Part shown: one piece after another, positions 29,566 through 39,201 of the stretch | How positions within the stretch are numbered: the stretch's first letter is position 1 | Layout of the letters: every line of letters starts with the position of its first letter | Assembly (NCBI GenBank): GCA_044229975.1 | Contig: JBGARZ010000004.1 | Location: 1 to 64,000 of the forward strand | Reading direction: 5' to 3' | Length of the DNA stretch: 64,000 nucleotides | DNA from: Polyangiales bacterium | GTDB lineage: Bacteria > Myxococcota_A > Polyangia > Polyangiales > Ga0077539 | Notes under the pieces: generated by a model | What the model was told of the DNA's origin: nothing | Seen by the model: only the letters and a program-made list of their open reading frames with translations | Database searches by the model: none | Translations under genes and position numbers: made by a program

Positions 29566-30695
29566 TCCCGATCGAGCGACGTCCTGCTGAAATGCCCCTT
29601 GTATGGGATCACGACAAGGCAGAGCAGTTGCAGCGCGACGCCAACGCAATCGAGAAGCACGAGGACCTGTCGGAGTTTTTGCGCAAAAAGCCGTACTGGA
29701 CGGAGCTGATCGCACTCTTCCAGCACTGGTCCTATGGCAAGTGTTGGTATACCGAGGCGAAGCCCCTGGAACACGGAGGGACGTTCGAGATTGATCATTT
29801 CCGGCCGAAGCTTGGCGCCCGTGATCCGTGGAATGAGCGGCCAGAGTGGGAGGGGTATCCTTGGCTGGCGTACGAGTGGACGAATTTCAGACTCTCCGCC
29901 CCGATCGCGAATCGTCTGGGTGATGACGTGCATGGGAACGCGAGCGGGAAAGGCGTTCAGTTCCCTCTGAGGTCTGCCGCTTCGCCGATCGCACGGTGTC
30001 ATGAAGAACTCGTGCATGAGTCCGCGCACGTCATGTTGATCGATCCATGCGAGTTTGATCAGGTCAACGATCTTTCATTCGCAGAGGATGGGATGGTCAC
30101 CTGCACATGCAGCAATGATCTCTTCAGGAGGGCTCGGGTCGAGCGTACTGTGAATGTATACAATCTCGATCATCCCGGTCTGTGTAGCGCAAGAAGCGAG
30201 GTCTGGCGTAGCTGCCAAAGCATCGTTGCGTTGGTCGGCAGATTAGAAAGGTTGGAGGAGATCGCTGCTCCAGGACTCTTGACTTCGTTGATCACCGAGC
30301 AGAGAGAGAACCTGTCGCGCAAGTTTTGTGCGGATCAGGAATATGCCGGAACTGCGCGGGCCTTTGCCAGAACGCGGGGCGAAGAGTGGGTGAGGGTGGC
30401 GAGCCAGAACGTAAGGGCACCTGCGTACAAGCCTTTCGCTTCGGTGTCTGCTCGACTGGTGGCGAATGATGACGGAGAGGTTGTAGCGCCGCTCCAACGT
30501 GATCTGGACGAGGATTCGGGAAGGACTCACACGGCCTCGGGTTCCAGCTTTCAGTTGGCGTTCTCCTTCATGTCTGAGTTGGTCGCTCCGATCAGTGCCA
30601 GACCAAAGGCGCCCCCAAAGCGAAAGGTTGCGCCCGTGGTGCTGAAGCCGAAGTCGCGGCCGAAGCCGCGGTCGAAGAAATCACCGTCGAAGTGA
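29562..30695 (+). CDS. HNH-type endonuclease (PtuB-like) with basic C-terminal tail
   Basis: KCWYTE...IDHFRPK...YPWLAYEWTNFRL...ANR...KGVQFPL; TTG start overlaps the ATPase TGA. Confidence 0.8.
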   Translation: MIPIERRPAEMPLVWDHDKAEQLQRDANAIEKHEDLSEFLRKKPYWTELIALFQHWSYGKCWYTEAKPLEHGGTFEIDHFRPKLGARDPWNERPEWEGYPWLAYEWTNFRLSAPIANRLGDDVHGNASGKGVQFPLRSAASPIARCHEELVHESAHVMLIDPCEFDQVNDLSFAEDGMVTCTCSNDLFRRARVERTVNVYNLDHPGLCSARSEVWRSCQSIVALVGRLERLEEIAAPGLLTSLITEQRENLSRKFCADQEYAGTARAFARTRGEEWVRVASQNVRAPAYKPFASVSARLVANDDGEVVAPLQRDLDEDSGRTHTASGSSFQLAFSFMSELVAPISARPKAPPKRKVAPVVLKPKSRPKPRSKKSPSK

Positions 30696-30804
30696 TCCGG
30701 TCAACGTGCTGTCTGCGATTGACCTCAACGTTCAACCGCATCCGCGCCGAGCGCGCCGCCGCCCCCGCGAAGAAGCTCGCTCGCAAGCGTCACAAGGCCA
30801 CCCC

Positions 30805-31653
30805 ATGAACTCCGCCCAGTCCCGTCTCTCTGTGCTGCTCTTTTCCGCGCTGCTCCTCGCGTCGTGCGCCGACTCCGTCTCCGTCGCTCCGCCCATCGAC
30901 GCCACGCCCATCGACGCCGCCATCTCTGACGTTGGCTCGCCGCGCGACACCGCCGCACCCGACGTCGCGCCCGTCGTCGACGTGGCCCTCCCCCTCGACG
31001 CGGGCCTCCTCGCGGACATGCCGGACGTTCCCGATGTCCCGTCGCGTCTCGACGTCCCGTCCGCCGTCGTCGACGCTGCTCCCTTCACCGACGTCCGGCG
31101 GGTCGACGTCCCCGACGGGCTGAGCCCCTTCACCGTCGACTCGATGGAGTGGGAGAACAGCGAGCGCTATGGCCCCGGCGGCGCGCTCCAGATCGGGACC
31201 AGCAGCGGGCGCTACGTCCTCAGCGACGGTCGCACGTGGCGCTCCGGCGCCGGAACCGCGCGGACCCACCTGCTGCGCCCCACTGGCGTCACGCGCGACG
31301 GCACTTCGCTGCGCTACGCACTCACCATCACCGGCGACCTGTTCAATCGCACCGACTACGACTCGGGCGACGACTCGGTGAACTTCCGCCTGGAGGCCGC
31401 CGGGCCCATCGAGATCGTCGCGGCCGAGGGCTCCATCACGGGCGTCGTCAACGGACTTGCGCGCGTGGCGCTGGACGAGCCCGCCAACTACCGGGACATG
31501 CGCTTCCATCGGCTGTCGGCGCCGGTGGGGGCGGTGGTCCGGTACAGGGCGACGTTCACGCTGCGGGAGGCGACGTTCACGATGGGGCTCTTCGACGGGT
31601 CGTTCGCGTACACCGTGCAGATGCGGGTGGACTTCACCGACGTGGTGCCGTGA
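30805..31653 (+). CDS. Hypothetical lipoprotein
   Basis: Lipobox LLASC; D/A/P/V-rich linker; beta-rich C-terminal domain. Confidence 0.65.
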   Translation: MNSAQSRLSVLLFSALLLASCADSVSVAPPIDATPIDAAISDVGSPRDTAAPDVAPVVDVALPLDAGLLADMPDVPDVPSRLDVPSAVVDAAPFTDVRRVDVPDGLSPFTVDSMEWENSERYGPGGALQIGTSSGRYVLSDGRTWRSGAGTARTHLLRPTGVTRDGTSLRYALTITGDLFNRTDYDSGDDSVNFRLEAAGPIEIVAAEGSITGVVNGLARVALDEPANYRDMRFHRLSAPVGAVVRYRATFTLREATFTMGLFDGSFAYTVQMRVDFTDVVP

Positions 31654-32695
31654 CGCCCAGGCGGGACGGCATGATCGCCTTCGCTTCGTTGGAGGCGATC
31701 GTGTAGACCCGTGACCTGCCGGTGGGGCCATCGACCGACGACACGAGCGTCCCCTGCGCACGGAGGGCCTCCCGCGATGAACAACCAGCTCAAGAAGCTC
31801 CAGGAGGTCATTCCTCCGCGCGCGTTCGTGATCCCCGACTACCAGCGCGGCTACGCGTGGAGGGACGAGCATCGGGCCGACCTCCTCGGCGACCTTCGCG
31901 ACCTCGACGCACTGCCCGACTCGACGAAGCTGCACTTCACCGGAACGCTGGTGCTCCACCGCGGACGGCACGCGCCGCGGACGACGCCGGGCAAGAGCTT
32001 CGACGTGCTCGACGTCATCGACGGGCAGCAGCGCCTGACGACATTGGTGATTCTCCTGGCGACGATCGCGCGCCGTCTGGAGGCGCTCGGTTCGGTGGAG
32101 GCACGGGGGTTCGCCCGAGACCTGCGCGAGGCGTTCATCGCAGACGGGGCGGTCCAGAAGCTGACGCCCAACGGAGAGGCGGCGGTCTTCTACCGTGACC
32201 ACGTCGTCGGGGACGCGCCCAACCCGCTCCCGGTCAGTGCCCCGGAGAAGGCCATGCTGGCGGCGCGAGTGCAGTTCGAGAAGTTCCTGGACGGCCTGGT
32301 CCCGAAGGGCGCCGATGCCGTGGCAGACGCGGCGACGCTCGGTCGCTGGGCGACGCTCATCACCACGCGCCTGGGGTTCCTCCTCTTCGAGGTCGATGAC
32401 GAGGCCGACGTCGGGGTGATGTTCGAGGCGATGAACGCTCGCGGCAAGGCGCTTACCCAGTTCGAGCTGGTGAAGAACTACCTGCTGTTCGTCTCTGCGA
32501 AGGTATCAACCGGCGACGAGCTCCGTGCCCTCACCGAGGACGTCAACGACACGTGGAAGAAGGCGGTCGCGGCCCTCGACGCGGCGGGCCTGAGCGACGC
32601 GGACGACACGTTCCTGCGTTACCACGTAAGCACCCGGTCAGGGCCATCTCGCAGGGTCAAGCGCGCGTTCCCACTGTGCGGCCCGGAGGTCCGCC

Positions 32696-33106
32696 ATGCC
32701 GAAGCCCGCTCGTTCACCGACGCCATCCCCCCAGCCCCAGCATCGTCGTCGTCCGCACAATCTTCGCCCCGCTGAAGCGAGACGTCTGCTCCTGGCGTTC
32801 GCGCGGAGTGGTCTCTCGCTCGCCGAGTTCGAGCGCCGTCACAACCTCTCTCCCAACCGGCTGATCTGGTGGCGCAAGCGACTCGGCATCGCGGCCCGTG
32901 CACCCGACGCGCAGCCCACCCAGGCGTCGGTGACCTTCCTCCCGGTGCGTGTCGCGGTGCCCCCGCGCGCCGCCCCGGCCCCCACCGTCGCGGCGCCGAT
33001 CGAGCTCGTCTTGCCCGACGGGTCGGTCGTCCGCGTGCCCCCCTCCTTCGACGCCTCGACGCTGACCCGACTGCTCGACGTCTTGCGGGAGACCCGCGCG
33101 TGCTGA
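32696..33106 (+). CDS. tnpA: IS66 TnpA accessory protein
   Basis: SGLSLAEFERRHNL...WWRKRL HTH; FLPV; IELVLPDG. Confidence 0.85.
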   Translation: MPKPARSPTPSPQPQHRRRPHNLRPAEARRLLLAFARSGLSLAEFERRHNLSPNRLIWWRKRLGIAARAPDAQPTQASVTFLPVRVAVPPRAAPAPTVAAPIELVLPDGSVVRVPPSFDASTLTRLLDVLRETRAC

Positions 33107-33471
33107 CGCTCCCGCCGTCGGTTCGCATCTACCTCGCGACGACACCCGTGGACGGACGGCGAGGCATCGACTCGCTCGCCGGCACCGTGCTCTCGGCCAT
33201 GGGACTTCAACCGCTCTCGGGACACGTCTTCTGCTTCATCAGCAAGCGACGTCATCAGATCAAGATTCTCTTCTGGGATCGCACCGGCTTCGTGCTGGTC
33301 ACCAAGCGTCTGGAGCGCGGCTGCTTCCGCCTTCCGCGGGAGATCGCGCCCGGCGCCACGCACCTCGACCTCGAATCGCCTGAGCTCACGCTGATCCTCG
33401 AAGGCATTGACCTTCATCGGTCACGCCGACGAGCACGCTGGACCCCTCCAACCGATATCCAGTCCCGATAA
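33100..33471 (+). CDS. tnpB: IS66 TnpB accessory protein
   Basis: IYLATTPVDGRRGIDSL, KILFWDRTGF, KRLERGCF; GTG start. Confidence 0.9.
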   Translation: MLTLPPSVRIYLATTPVDGRRGIDSLAGTVLSAMGLQPLSGHVFCFISKRRHQIKILFWDRTGFVLVTKRLERGCFRLPREIAPGATHLDLESPELTLILEGIDLHRSRRRARWTPPTDIQSR

Positions 33472-33537
33472 TCGACAACCATACCGAAAGAGCCATTGCC
33501 ACGAGGACGAGGCGGGATTACATCCGCGCCGTCCTCG

Positions 33538-35160
33538 ATGGATCAGCCCACCCACCTCCCCTTGCCCAAGCGCGCCGACGACCTCGACGCCGTGCGCGAG
33601 CACATCGAGAAGATGCTCAAGGCGGGCGACACCACCGGGGCGCTCGACCTGCTCTTCGACCTTCTCTCGCGCCTGCGCAACCACAACGAGGCGACGCAGA
33701 CCCGCCTCCTCGCGGCGCTACGAAAGCTCTACGGGCGAAGCTCCGAGCGGTTCGCGCCCGACGAGCAGGGCATCCTCAATGGCATCCTCGACGATGTCGC
33801 CGCCGCGCAGGCCGAGACGCCCACGACCCCGCCGCCCTCGGGCGATCCACCGAAGGACCCGCCGAGGAAAGCCAGGCCCCACGGACGTGGCGAGATGCCC
33901 GCCAATCTTCCGCAGCGGACGACGCCCGTCGCGTTGACGGAAGAGCAGCGCGTCTGTCCGTGTTGTCGGAAGCCGCTGCGGGTCTTCGGTGTCGAGAGTC
34001 GCTGGTATATCGACTACGAGCCGGGCGCGATCTTCGTGCGCGTGTTCGAGTGCGAGAAGGGCGCCTGCCCGAGCTGCCCCGACGCCGGCGTCGCGCTGGC
34101 CGATGCGCCGTCTCGTCCGATCCCCGGTGCGCAGGTGGGGCCGGGGATGCTGGCACGGGTGCTGGTCGAAAAGGCACAGGACCAGTTGCCGCTCTACCGA
34201 CAACTCGGTCGCTTCAAGCGAGAGGGATTCGACCTCGCCGACTCCACCCTTCAAGGGTGGTGGGATGCGGGGGCGGACAAGCTCGTTCGGTTGATCCCGC
34301 TCTTGCGAGAGGAGCTGCTCCGAGCGCCCGCCGTGGAGATCGACGCGACGCTCCTGCCGGTGCTCGACCGCGACCACCCCAAGGGCCTGCACCTGGGGTC
34401 GATCTGGACCCAGGCCGTGCGCGGGCGCGGCGTGGTCTACGGGTACGAGCACGGCAAGAAGGTCGGCCTCCAGACGGTGATCAAGACGCTGTTGCCGTCG
34501 ACCGACCCGACGGCCCCGGCGAAGACCACACCCCGCTTCGTCATGGACGGCGAGTGGCTGATCGCGCGCGAGCTCGCGGTGCTGGGCAAGCCCCCGCAGT
34601 GCTGCCACATGCACGCGCGCCGCTACTTCGAGAAGGCGTTGCAGGCCAAGGACCTGCGGGCCTCGGTCGCGCTCGGGTACTTCCGCGCGATCTTCGACGT
34701 CGAGCGGCGCGCAAAGGACCTCTCGTCGACCGACCGGCAGGCCCTGCGCGTGGCCGAGAGCGTGCCGGTGTTGGAGGCGTTGAGGGAGTGGATCACCGAG
34801 ACGTGGCCGAGCGCGCCGCCGCGCACGCCGCTCGGGGTGGCGCTGCGGTACACGGCGAATCGATGGATGCAGCTCGGGCTCTTCGTGCTCGATGGCGACC
34901 TGCCGATCGATACCGGCGAGGCGGAGCGTCAACATCGCCGCATCGCGCTCGGCCGCAAGAACTACCTCTTCGCCGGAAGCGATGCCGGAGCGGTGCGGCT
35001 GTGCACGGTGCTCTCGCTCTGCGGGTGCTGCCACATGCTCGGCATCGACCCGTGGCAGTACCTGCGCGACGTGCTCGACCGGATGCCCGACGGGATCACC
35101 GACGAGGCGCTGCGCGCACTCCTGCCGATGAACTGGAAGAAGGTCTCGACGGACCCGTAG
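33538..35160 (+). CDS. tnpC: IS66 transposase TnpC
   Basis: YGRSSE, Zn finger, LPLYRQ, CHMHARRYF, IALGRKNYLFAGS, IDPWQYLRDVL. Confidence 0.93.
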   Translation: MDQPTHLPLPKRADDLDAVREHIEKMLKAGDTTGALDLLFDLLSRLRNHNEATQTRLLAALRKLYGRSSERFAPDEQGILNGILDDVAAAQAETPTTPPPSGDPPKDPPRKARPHGRGEMPANLPQRTTPVALTEEQRVCPCCRKPLRVFGVESRWYIDYEPGAIFVRVFECEKGACPSCPDAGVALADAPSRPIPGAQVGPGMLARVLVEKAQDQLPLYRQLGRFKREGFDLADSTLQGWWDAGADKLVRLIPLLREELLRAPAVEIDATLLPVLDRDHPKGLHLGSIWTQAVRGRGVVYGYEHGKKVGLQTVIKTLLPSTDPTAPAKTTPRFVMDGEWLIARELAVLGKPPQCCHMHARRYFEKALQAKDLRASVALGYFRAIFDVERRAKDLSSTDRQALRVAESVPVLEALREWITETWPSAPPRTPLGVALRYTANRWMQLGLFVLDGDLPIDTGEAERQHRRIALGRKNYLFAGSDAGAVRLCTVLSLCGCCHMLGIDPWQYLRDVLDRMPDGITDEALRALLPMNWKKVSTDP

Positions 35161-36310
35161 TCCGACGAGCCAGGCGACCAGCGGCGAGAGAACGACGAGA
35201 GCGAGGAGGAGGGCGATCGGGATCACGCCACGAAGGTGGGGTCGCCGTCAGGTGCCCGCGAGATGGCCTACGCCGGGCGCTTACGTTACCACTGGTGGAT
35301 CTGGCCGCGCGCCAAGGGCCTGGACGGCGAACCCGTGTGGAAGACGAGCAACGTTCACCGGGCGTTGAAAGAGGTGATCCGGGTGAAGGACGGCAACGCC
35401 GTCGCCCCTGGCCGGATCCGCGAATACCTGGGCGACCTGCGTGGGGCCATCCGCCCCTTCGTCGACCTGTCGCGGCCGGCAAACGCGCGGGCCTTCGAGT
35501 ACGCGGGCGCGTCACGCGGCGCCCTGGTCGAGCGCGCACTCGGCATCCGGCGCCTCGGGCGCAGCGCCGTGGTGCTCCCGCTGCTCATGGCGGCGGTGAT
35601 GCGCCTCGGGGGCGACGGGCCCGGCCTCGCGGAGGTGCTGCGGCTGGCGGAGACCTTCGTGTTCCGCCTCGCGCTCCAGGAGATGAAGTCGAACACCGGC
35701 ACCGCGGTGATGATGGGTCTCGCGCGCGACATCCGCGGCGGGCCGATGACCGCGGCGGCCATCCACACGCGGCTCCGGGAAGAGATCCAGGACTACGCTC
35801 CCGACAAGGAGGTCGAGCGATCACTCCTCGAAGCTGATGGCAGCAAGGACGATGGCAAATTCTTCGAGTGGGGCCACCTCCCGCACCTCCTCTTCGAGTA
35901 CGAGCGCTCGCTTGTGGCAGGCGCCGCGCAGAAGATGATCTACGACTGGGACGCCTTCTATGCGAAGTGGCGAGAGTCCATCGAGCACATCCTGCCGCAG
36001 GGGGACAACACGTTGGGCGTGCCGTACTGGGGGCAGCGGTTCATGCCGGATGGCCTGAGGCGCAACCGGCACCGTCTCGGCAATCTCACGCTGACGGAGT
36101 GGAACTCCTCCTACGGCAACCGCGGCTTCGACCAGAAGTGTGGCGCTCCGGGCGCGCCGACCGATGCGAAGGTCTATCGGAACTCACGGTTCCACTGCGA
36201 GAAGGAGCTCGTCGACGAGGCGAACTGGGACGAGGCCGCGATCGACCGGCGGCAGAAGCGCATCGCCGACTTCGCGATGAAGCGTTGGAGCGCGTAGAAG
36301 GGCAATACCC

Positions 36311-36604
36311 ATGGCGAAGATCCAGCAGTGCCTCATCGACATCGAGCTCGCGAACTCGCTGCACCACCTCGTGCAGGCGTTGGGGCTCAAGACGCCCGGC
36401 GGCGCGCTCGGCTTCCGCTGCCCGGAGTGCGAGCAGGCGGTGCGGCCGCACGGCGGGGAGCATCCCCACTTCGAGCACGTCGAGCGCAACCCGGCGTGCG
36501 GCCTGAGCCACAAGCTGCCGGCGTCGACGAAGTCCCCGTCGCCCGCGGGCTCCGCGTCGGGTGAGGGCGGCGCCGACGTTGCTGGACCGACGCCCACGAC
36601 GTGA
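36311..36604 (+). CDS. Small Cys/His (Zn-finger-like) protein
   Basis: CPEC...HFEH...NPAC; starts 13 bp after the GmrSD-like stop. Confidence 0.55.
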   Translation: MAKIQQCLIDIELANSLHHLVQALGLKTPGGALGFRCPECEQAVRPHGGEHPHFEHVERNPACGLSHKLPASTKSPSPAGSASGEGGADVAGPTPTT

Positions 36605-36662
36605 CGGAGACGCGTCTCGCTCGTCGCGTTGCAGGGATATCAGGGCACAGAGCGGGATGTAT

Positions 36663-36709
36663 GACTGCGGGCGTGGTCGTCGCGCGCCGCGCTGACGTCG
36701 CGGCGTGGG
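36663..36709 (+). repeat. 47-bp intergenic repeat, copy B
   Basis: Inverted relative to 19960-20006; contains cgccgcg-N7-cgcggcg. Confidence 0.75.
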
Positions 36710-36841
36710 TGTGGCCAGGGCTGGTAAGGGGCACGACCGCCACCCGCCGCCGCCACCCCGCCGCCACCCGTCGCCACCTCACGCACGCTGTGTTTCTCGT
36801 GCACTCCGCGCGGCACGCCTGCTGCTCAGCGCCGATGCTTC

Positions 36842-37744
36842 ATGGGCGAGCAACGCACCCCCTGGCACCACTTCTTCGGGCTCCTGCTCGCCGAGAAGGC
36901 ACCCCGCTGCTTCGAGGTGCAGCCCGAGGTTGCGCTCACGCAGGCGGTGCAGCGCATCGACTACCTCTTGCTGCGTCGCCGCCCGTGGGAGGCACCGCCC
37001 GACCGCGGCGAGACCCTCGTCGACCTGTGGCCCGAGCTCCCGCGCGTCACCATCGGCGAGTACAAGAGCGCCGTTCGACAATACCGCCGCGGGGAGATCC
37101 ACCGCCTCCTCGGCTACGGCCACCAGTACGCCAGCGAGCACGTCGACGAGCTCATCGCCGCGGAGCTCGCGGTTGCGCTCCTGGTCGCCTCTCGCAACGA
37201 GGCGCTCGACGACGACCTGCGACGCCTCGGCGCCCGCGAGCGCTCGTTGGGCGGCGGGTACACTCGCGTCGAGGGGCTCTTCTTCCCGTTGTTGCTCGTC
37301 GACCTCACGGGCGTGGCGAGGCGCGACCGCGACGACTTCGTCGCTCTCTTCGCCGAGCAGGCGCCCATCCCCGTCGAGGCGAAGGTCTGGTGGTACGCTC
37401 ACTTCGGAACCCGAACGGAGGTCATGATGGATGCCAAGCAGATGGAGGAGTTCAGGGCGTTGGAGCGGCGGTTCATCGACTCCCTGCCCATCGAAGATCG
37501 ACTCGCCGGGCTCGACCCCATGGATGTTGTTCGCGCGCTGAAGCCTGAGCAACGCCTCGCCGGGCTCGGCCCCGAGCAACGCCTCGCCGGGCTCGGCCCC
37601 GAGCAGCGCCTCGCCGGACTCACCGACGCCGAAGCCGTGCTCGCCATGCCCGACGCCGTGCTCGCGGGCCTCACCGAGGCCTTCGTCGACGCGCTCCCCG
37701 ACGACGTCCGAGCCCGCGTCCGAGCCCGTCGCGCCGCCCGCTGA
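36842..37744 (+). CDS. Rpn-like / PD-(D/E)xK protein with C-terminal PEQRLAGL repeats
   Basis: QRIDYLLL...IGEYKS nuclease-like motif; 27-bp tandem repeats at about 37547-37620. Confidence 0.6.
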   Translation: MGEQRTPWHHFFGLLLAEKAPRCFEVQPEVALTQAVQRIDYLLLRRRPWEAPPDRGETLVDLWPELPRVTIGEYKSAVRQYRRGEIHRLLGYGHQYASEHVDELIAAELAVALLVASRNEALDDDLRRLGARERSLGGGYTRVEGLFFPLLLVDLTGVARRDRDDFVALFAEQAPIPVEAKVWWYAHFGTRTEVMMDAKQMEEFRALERRFIDSLPIEDRLAGLDPMDVVRALKPEQRLAGLGPEQRLAGLGPEQRLAGLTDAEAVLAMPDAVLAGLTEAFVDALPDDVRARVRARRAAR

Positions 37745-37811
37745 CCCGTCGCGCACCGCGGCGCTGGGCCCCGTTGACACCTCGGCCGTGTCTCGGCGAC
37801 ACCCTCGGATC

Positions 37812-38366
37812 ATGTGCCGCACCCTGTTGTTTTGTTCGATCGTGACCCTCCTCGCGTGCAGCGCGAGCAGCGACCGGGGACTCGGCGGCGATGCCGGGCG
37901 CGCCGACGCCGGGTCGAACCCCGTCGCCGACACGGGCGGCACCACGGCGCTGTGCACCAACACCTGCTCGTCGGCCAGCGATGGTGAGTGCGACGACGGC
38001 GGCCCTGGGTCGCTCTTCTCGGTGTGCGCGCTCGGGACGGACTGTGCCGACTGCGGCCCGCGCGGCGGCGGAACCTGTACGCCCAACTGCGCCGGTCGGA
38101 CCTGCGGCTCCAACGGCTGTGGCGGAACCTGCGGTCCAGGGTGCCCGAGCGGATCGACCTGCATGGCCAACGGCACCTGCACGATGGCCCCGAGCTGCGC
38201 CGTCGCCGGTCAGCCGTGCGTCACCGGTGGCGACTGCTGCACCGACCTGACGTGCCGGTTTGACACCAACACCTGCGCGACCTGCCTCGGCATCGGCGCC
38301 GACTGCGCCAGCGGCAACGATTGCTGCACAGGGGTCTGCCGCGGGTTTCAGTGCGAGAGCCGCTGA
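37812..38366 (+). CDS. Cys-rich lipoprotein
   Basis: LLAC lipobox; CDDGG...C..GTDCADCG; CTPNCAGRTCG; TTGACA upstream. Confidence 0.7.
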   Translation: MCRTLLFCSIVTLLACSASSDRGLGGDAGRADAGSNPVADTGGTTALCTNTCSSASDGECDDGGPGSLFSVCALGTDCADCGPRGGGTCTPNCAGRTCGSNGCGGTCGPGCPSGSTCMANGTCTMAPSCAVAGQPCVTGGDCCTDLTCRFDTNTCATCLGIGADCASGNDCCTGVCRGFQCESR

Positions 38367-38444
38367 CGCGCGACGAGCGGGCGCGGCGACCGCGTGGTCG
38401 CTGGTCCCTGCAAGGGAGCCGAGAAGTGTTCTAGAAGTGGTGGG

Positions 38445-39140
38445 ATGAGCACCCCGACGGCCTCGCCGTTTCGCGCCCTCATCATCGGAGGCACTGGCCA
38501 GGTCGGCGCCGCGGCGGTGCGCGCGCTCTCGTCCGAGCCGTCGTGCGTGGAGGTCGTCATGGTCAACCGCCGCTCGGTCGATCTGGTGTCGGCAACGCGC
38601 GTGCGGCAGGTGGTTCTCGACACGGGCGCGCCGACGTTTCCGGCCGCGGTCACCGAGCTCGCGCGGTCGATGGTCGCGCTGGGTGATCGCGTCTGCGGGG
38701 CCTCGTGCGTCGGCGTCGGAGCCGGGAGCGCGAAGTGGAGCGAGGCCGACCTCATCGCGCTCGAAGTCGGCGTCGTCGGCGGGTTCGCCCGCGGGTGCCA
38801 CGACGGGGGCGTGAGGCACTTCGGGCTGCTCTCGGCGGTCGGGAGCAGCGCGACGAGCATGTTTCGCTACGTGCGCGTCATGGGCCTGAAGGAGGACGCC
38901 GTGCGCGCCATCGGCTTCGAGCGCCTCGCGCTGTTTCGGCCGGGCATCATCGGCGGCAACGCCCACACCCCGCGCGCGGTCGACTGGGTAGGGAGGATGA
39001 TCCCGGGCGGGTTTGGCACCGTCGATCAGGACGATATCGGCAGGGCATTCGCCGCCGAGTTCGCGCGCGGGGCAGGTGGCGGCGGTGAGGTGTCGCTCGA
39101 AAACGGGGCGATGCGGGAGCTCGCCCGCGCGACGCGGTAG
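38445..39140 (+). CDS. NAD(P)-binding Rossmann protein (TIP30/YraR-like)
   Basis: IIGGTGQVG, LLSAVGS, YVRVMGLKE, FRPG. Confidence 0.8.
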   Translation: MSTPTASPFRALIIGGTGQVGAAAVRALSSEPSCVEVVMVNRRSVDLVSATRVRQVVLDTGAPTFPAAVTELARSMVALGDRVCGASCVGVGAGSAKWSEADLIALEVGVVGGFARGCHDGGVRHFGLLSAVGSSATSMFRYVRVMGLKEDAVRAIGFERLALFRPGIIGGNAHTPRAVDWVGRMIPGGFGTVDQDDIGRAFAAEFARGAGGGGEVSLENGAMRELARATR

Positions 39141-39201
39141 CGCCCGGAAAGGTGAAAAGCTGAGTCCGTCCCCAAGGGGACCTCCGCAGGCGCTGACACG
39201 C

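Larger units (their letters stand above)
32626..35284 (+). mobile_element. IS66-family insertion sequence
   Basis: Ends GTAAGC...GCTTAC; IRs 22/27 identical; 8-bp duplication GTTACCAC at 32618-32625 and 35285-35292. Confidence 0.95.
31777..36297 (+). pseudogene. DUF262-DUF1524 (GmrSD-like) nuclease gene interrupted by IS66
   Basis: 5' part: IPDYQRGYAW, DGQQRLTT, FEAMNARG; 3' part: SIEHILPQ, LGNLTL, NSSYGN; 31777-32625 joined to 35293-36297 gives a 617-aa ORF. Confidence 0.92.

Noticed and set aside
27985..30695. Retron Ec78-like system
   Set aside because: No reverse transcriptase (YADD) ORF and no room for msr-msd; the pair is coupled to hsdS instead
31711..32775. Stand-alone DUF262 gene and separate DUF1524 gene (35236-36297)
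   Set aside because: They are two halves of one gene split by IS66; the ORF extensions run into IS ends
33100..33471. RNA-guided TnpB nuclease
   Set aside because: This is the small IS66 accessory TnpB, unrelated to IS200/IS605 TnpB; no RuvC motifs
19960..36709. Autonomous transposon or integrative element defined by the 47-bp repeats
   Set aside because: No integrase, dedicated transposase, tRNA att site or target duplication; a third repeat copy lies outside the block
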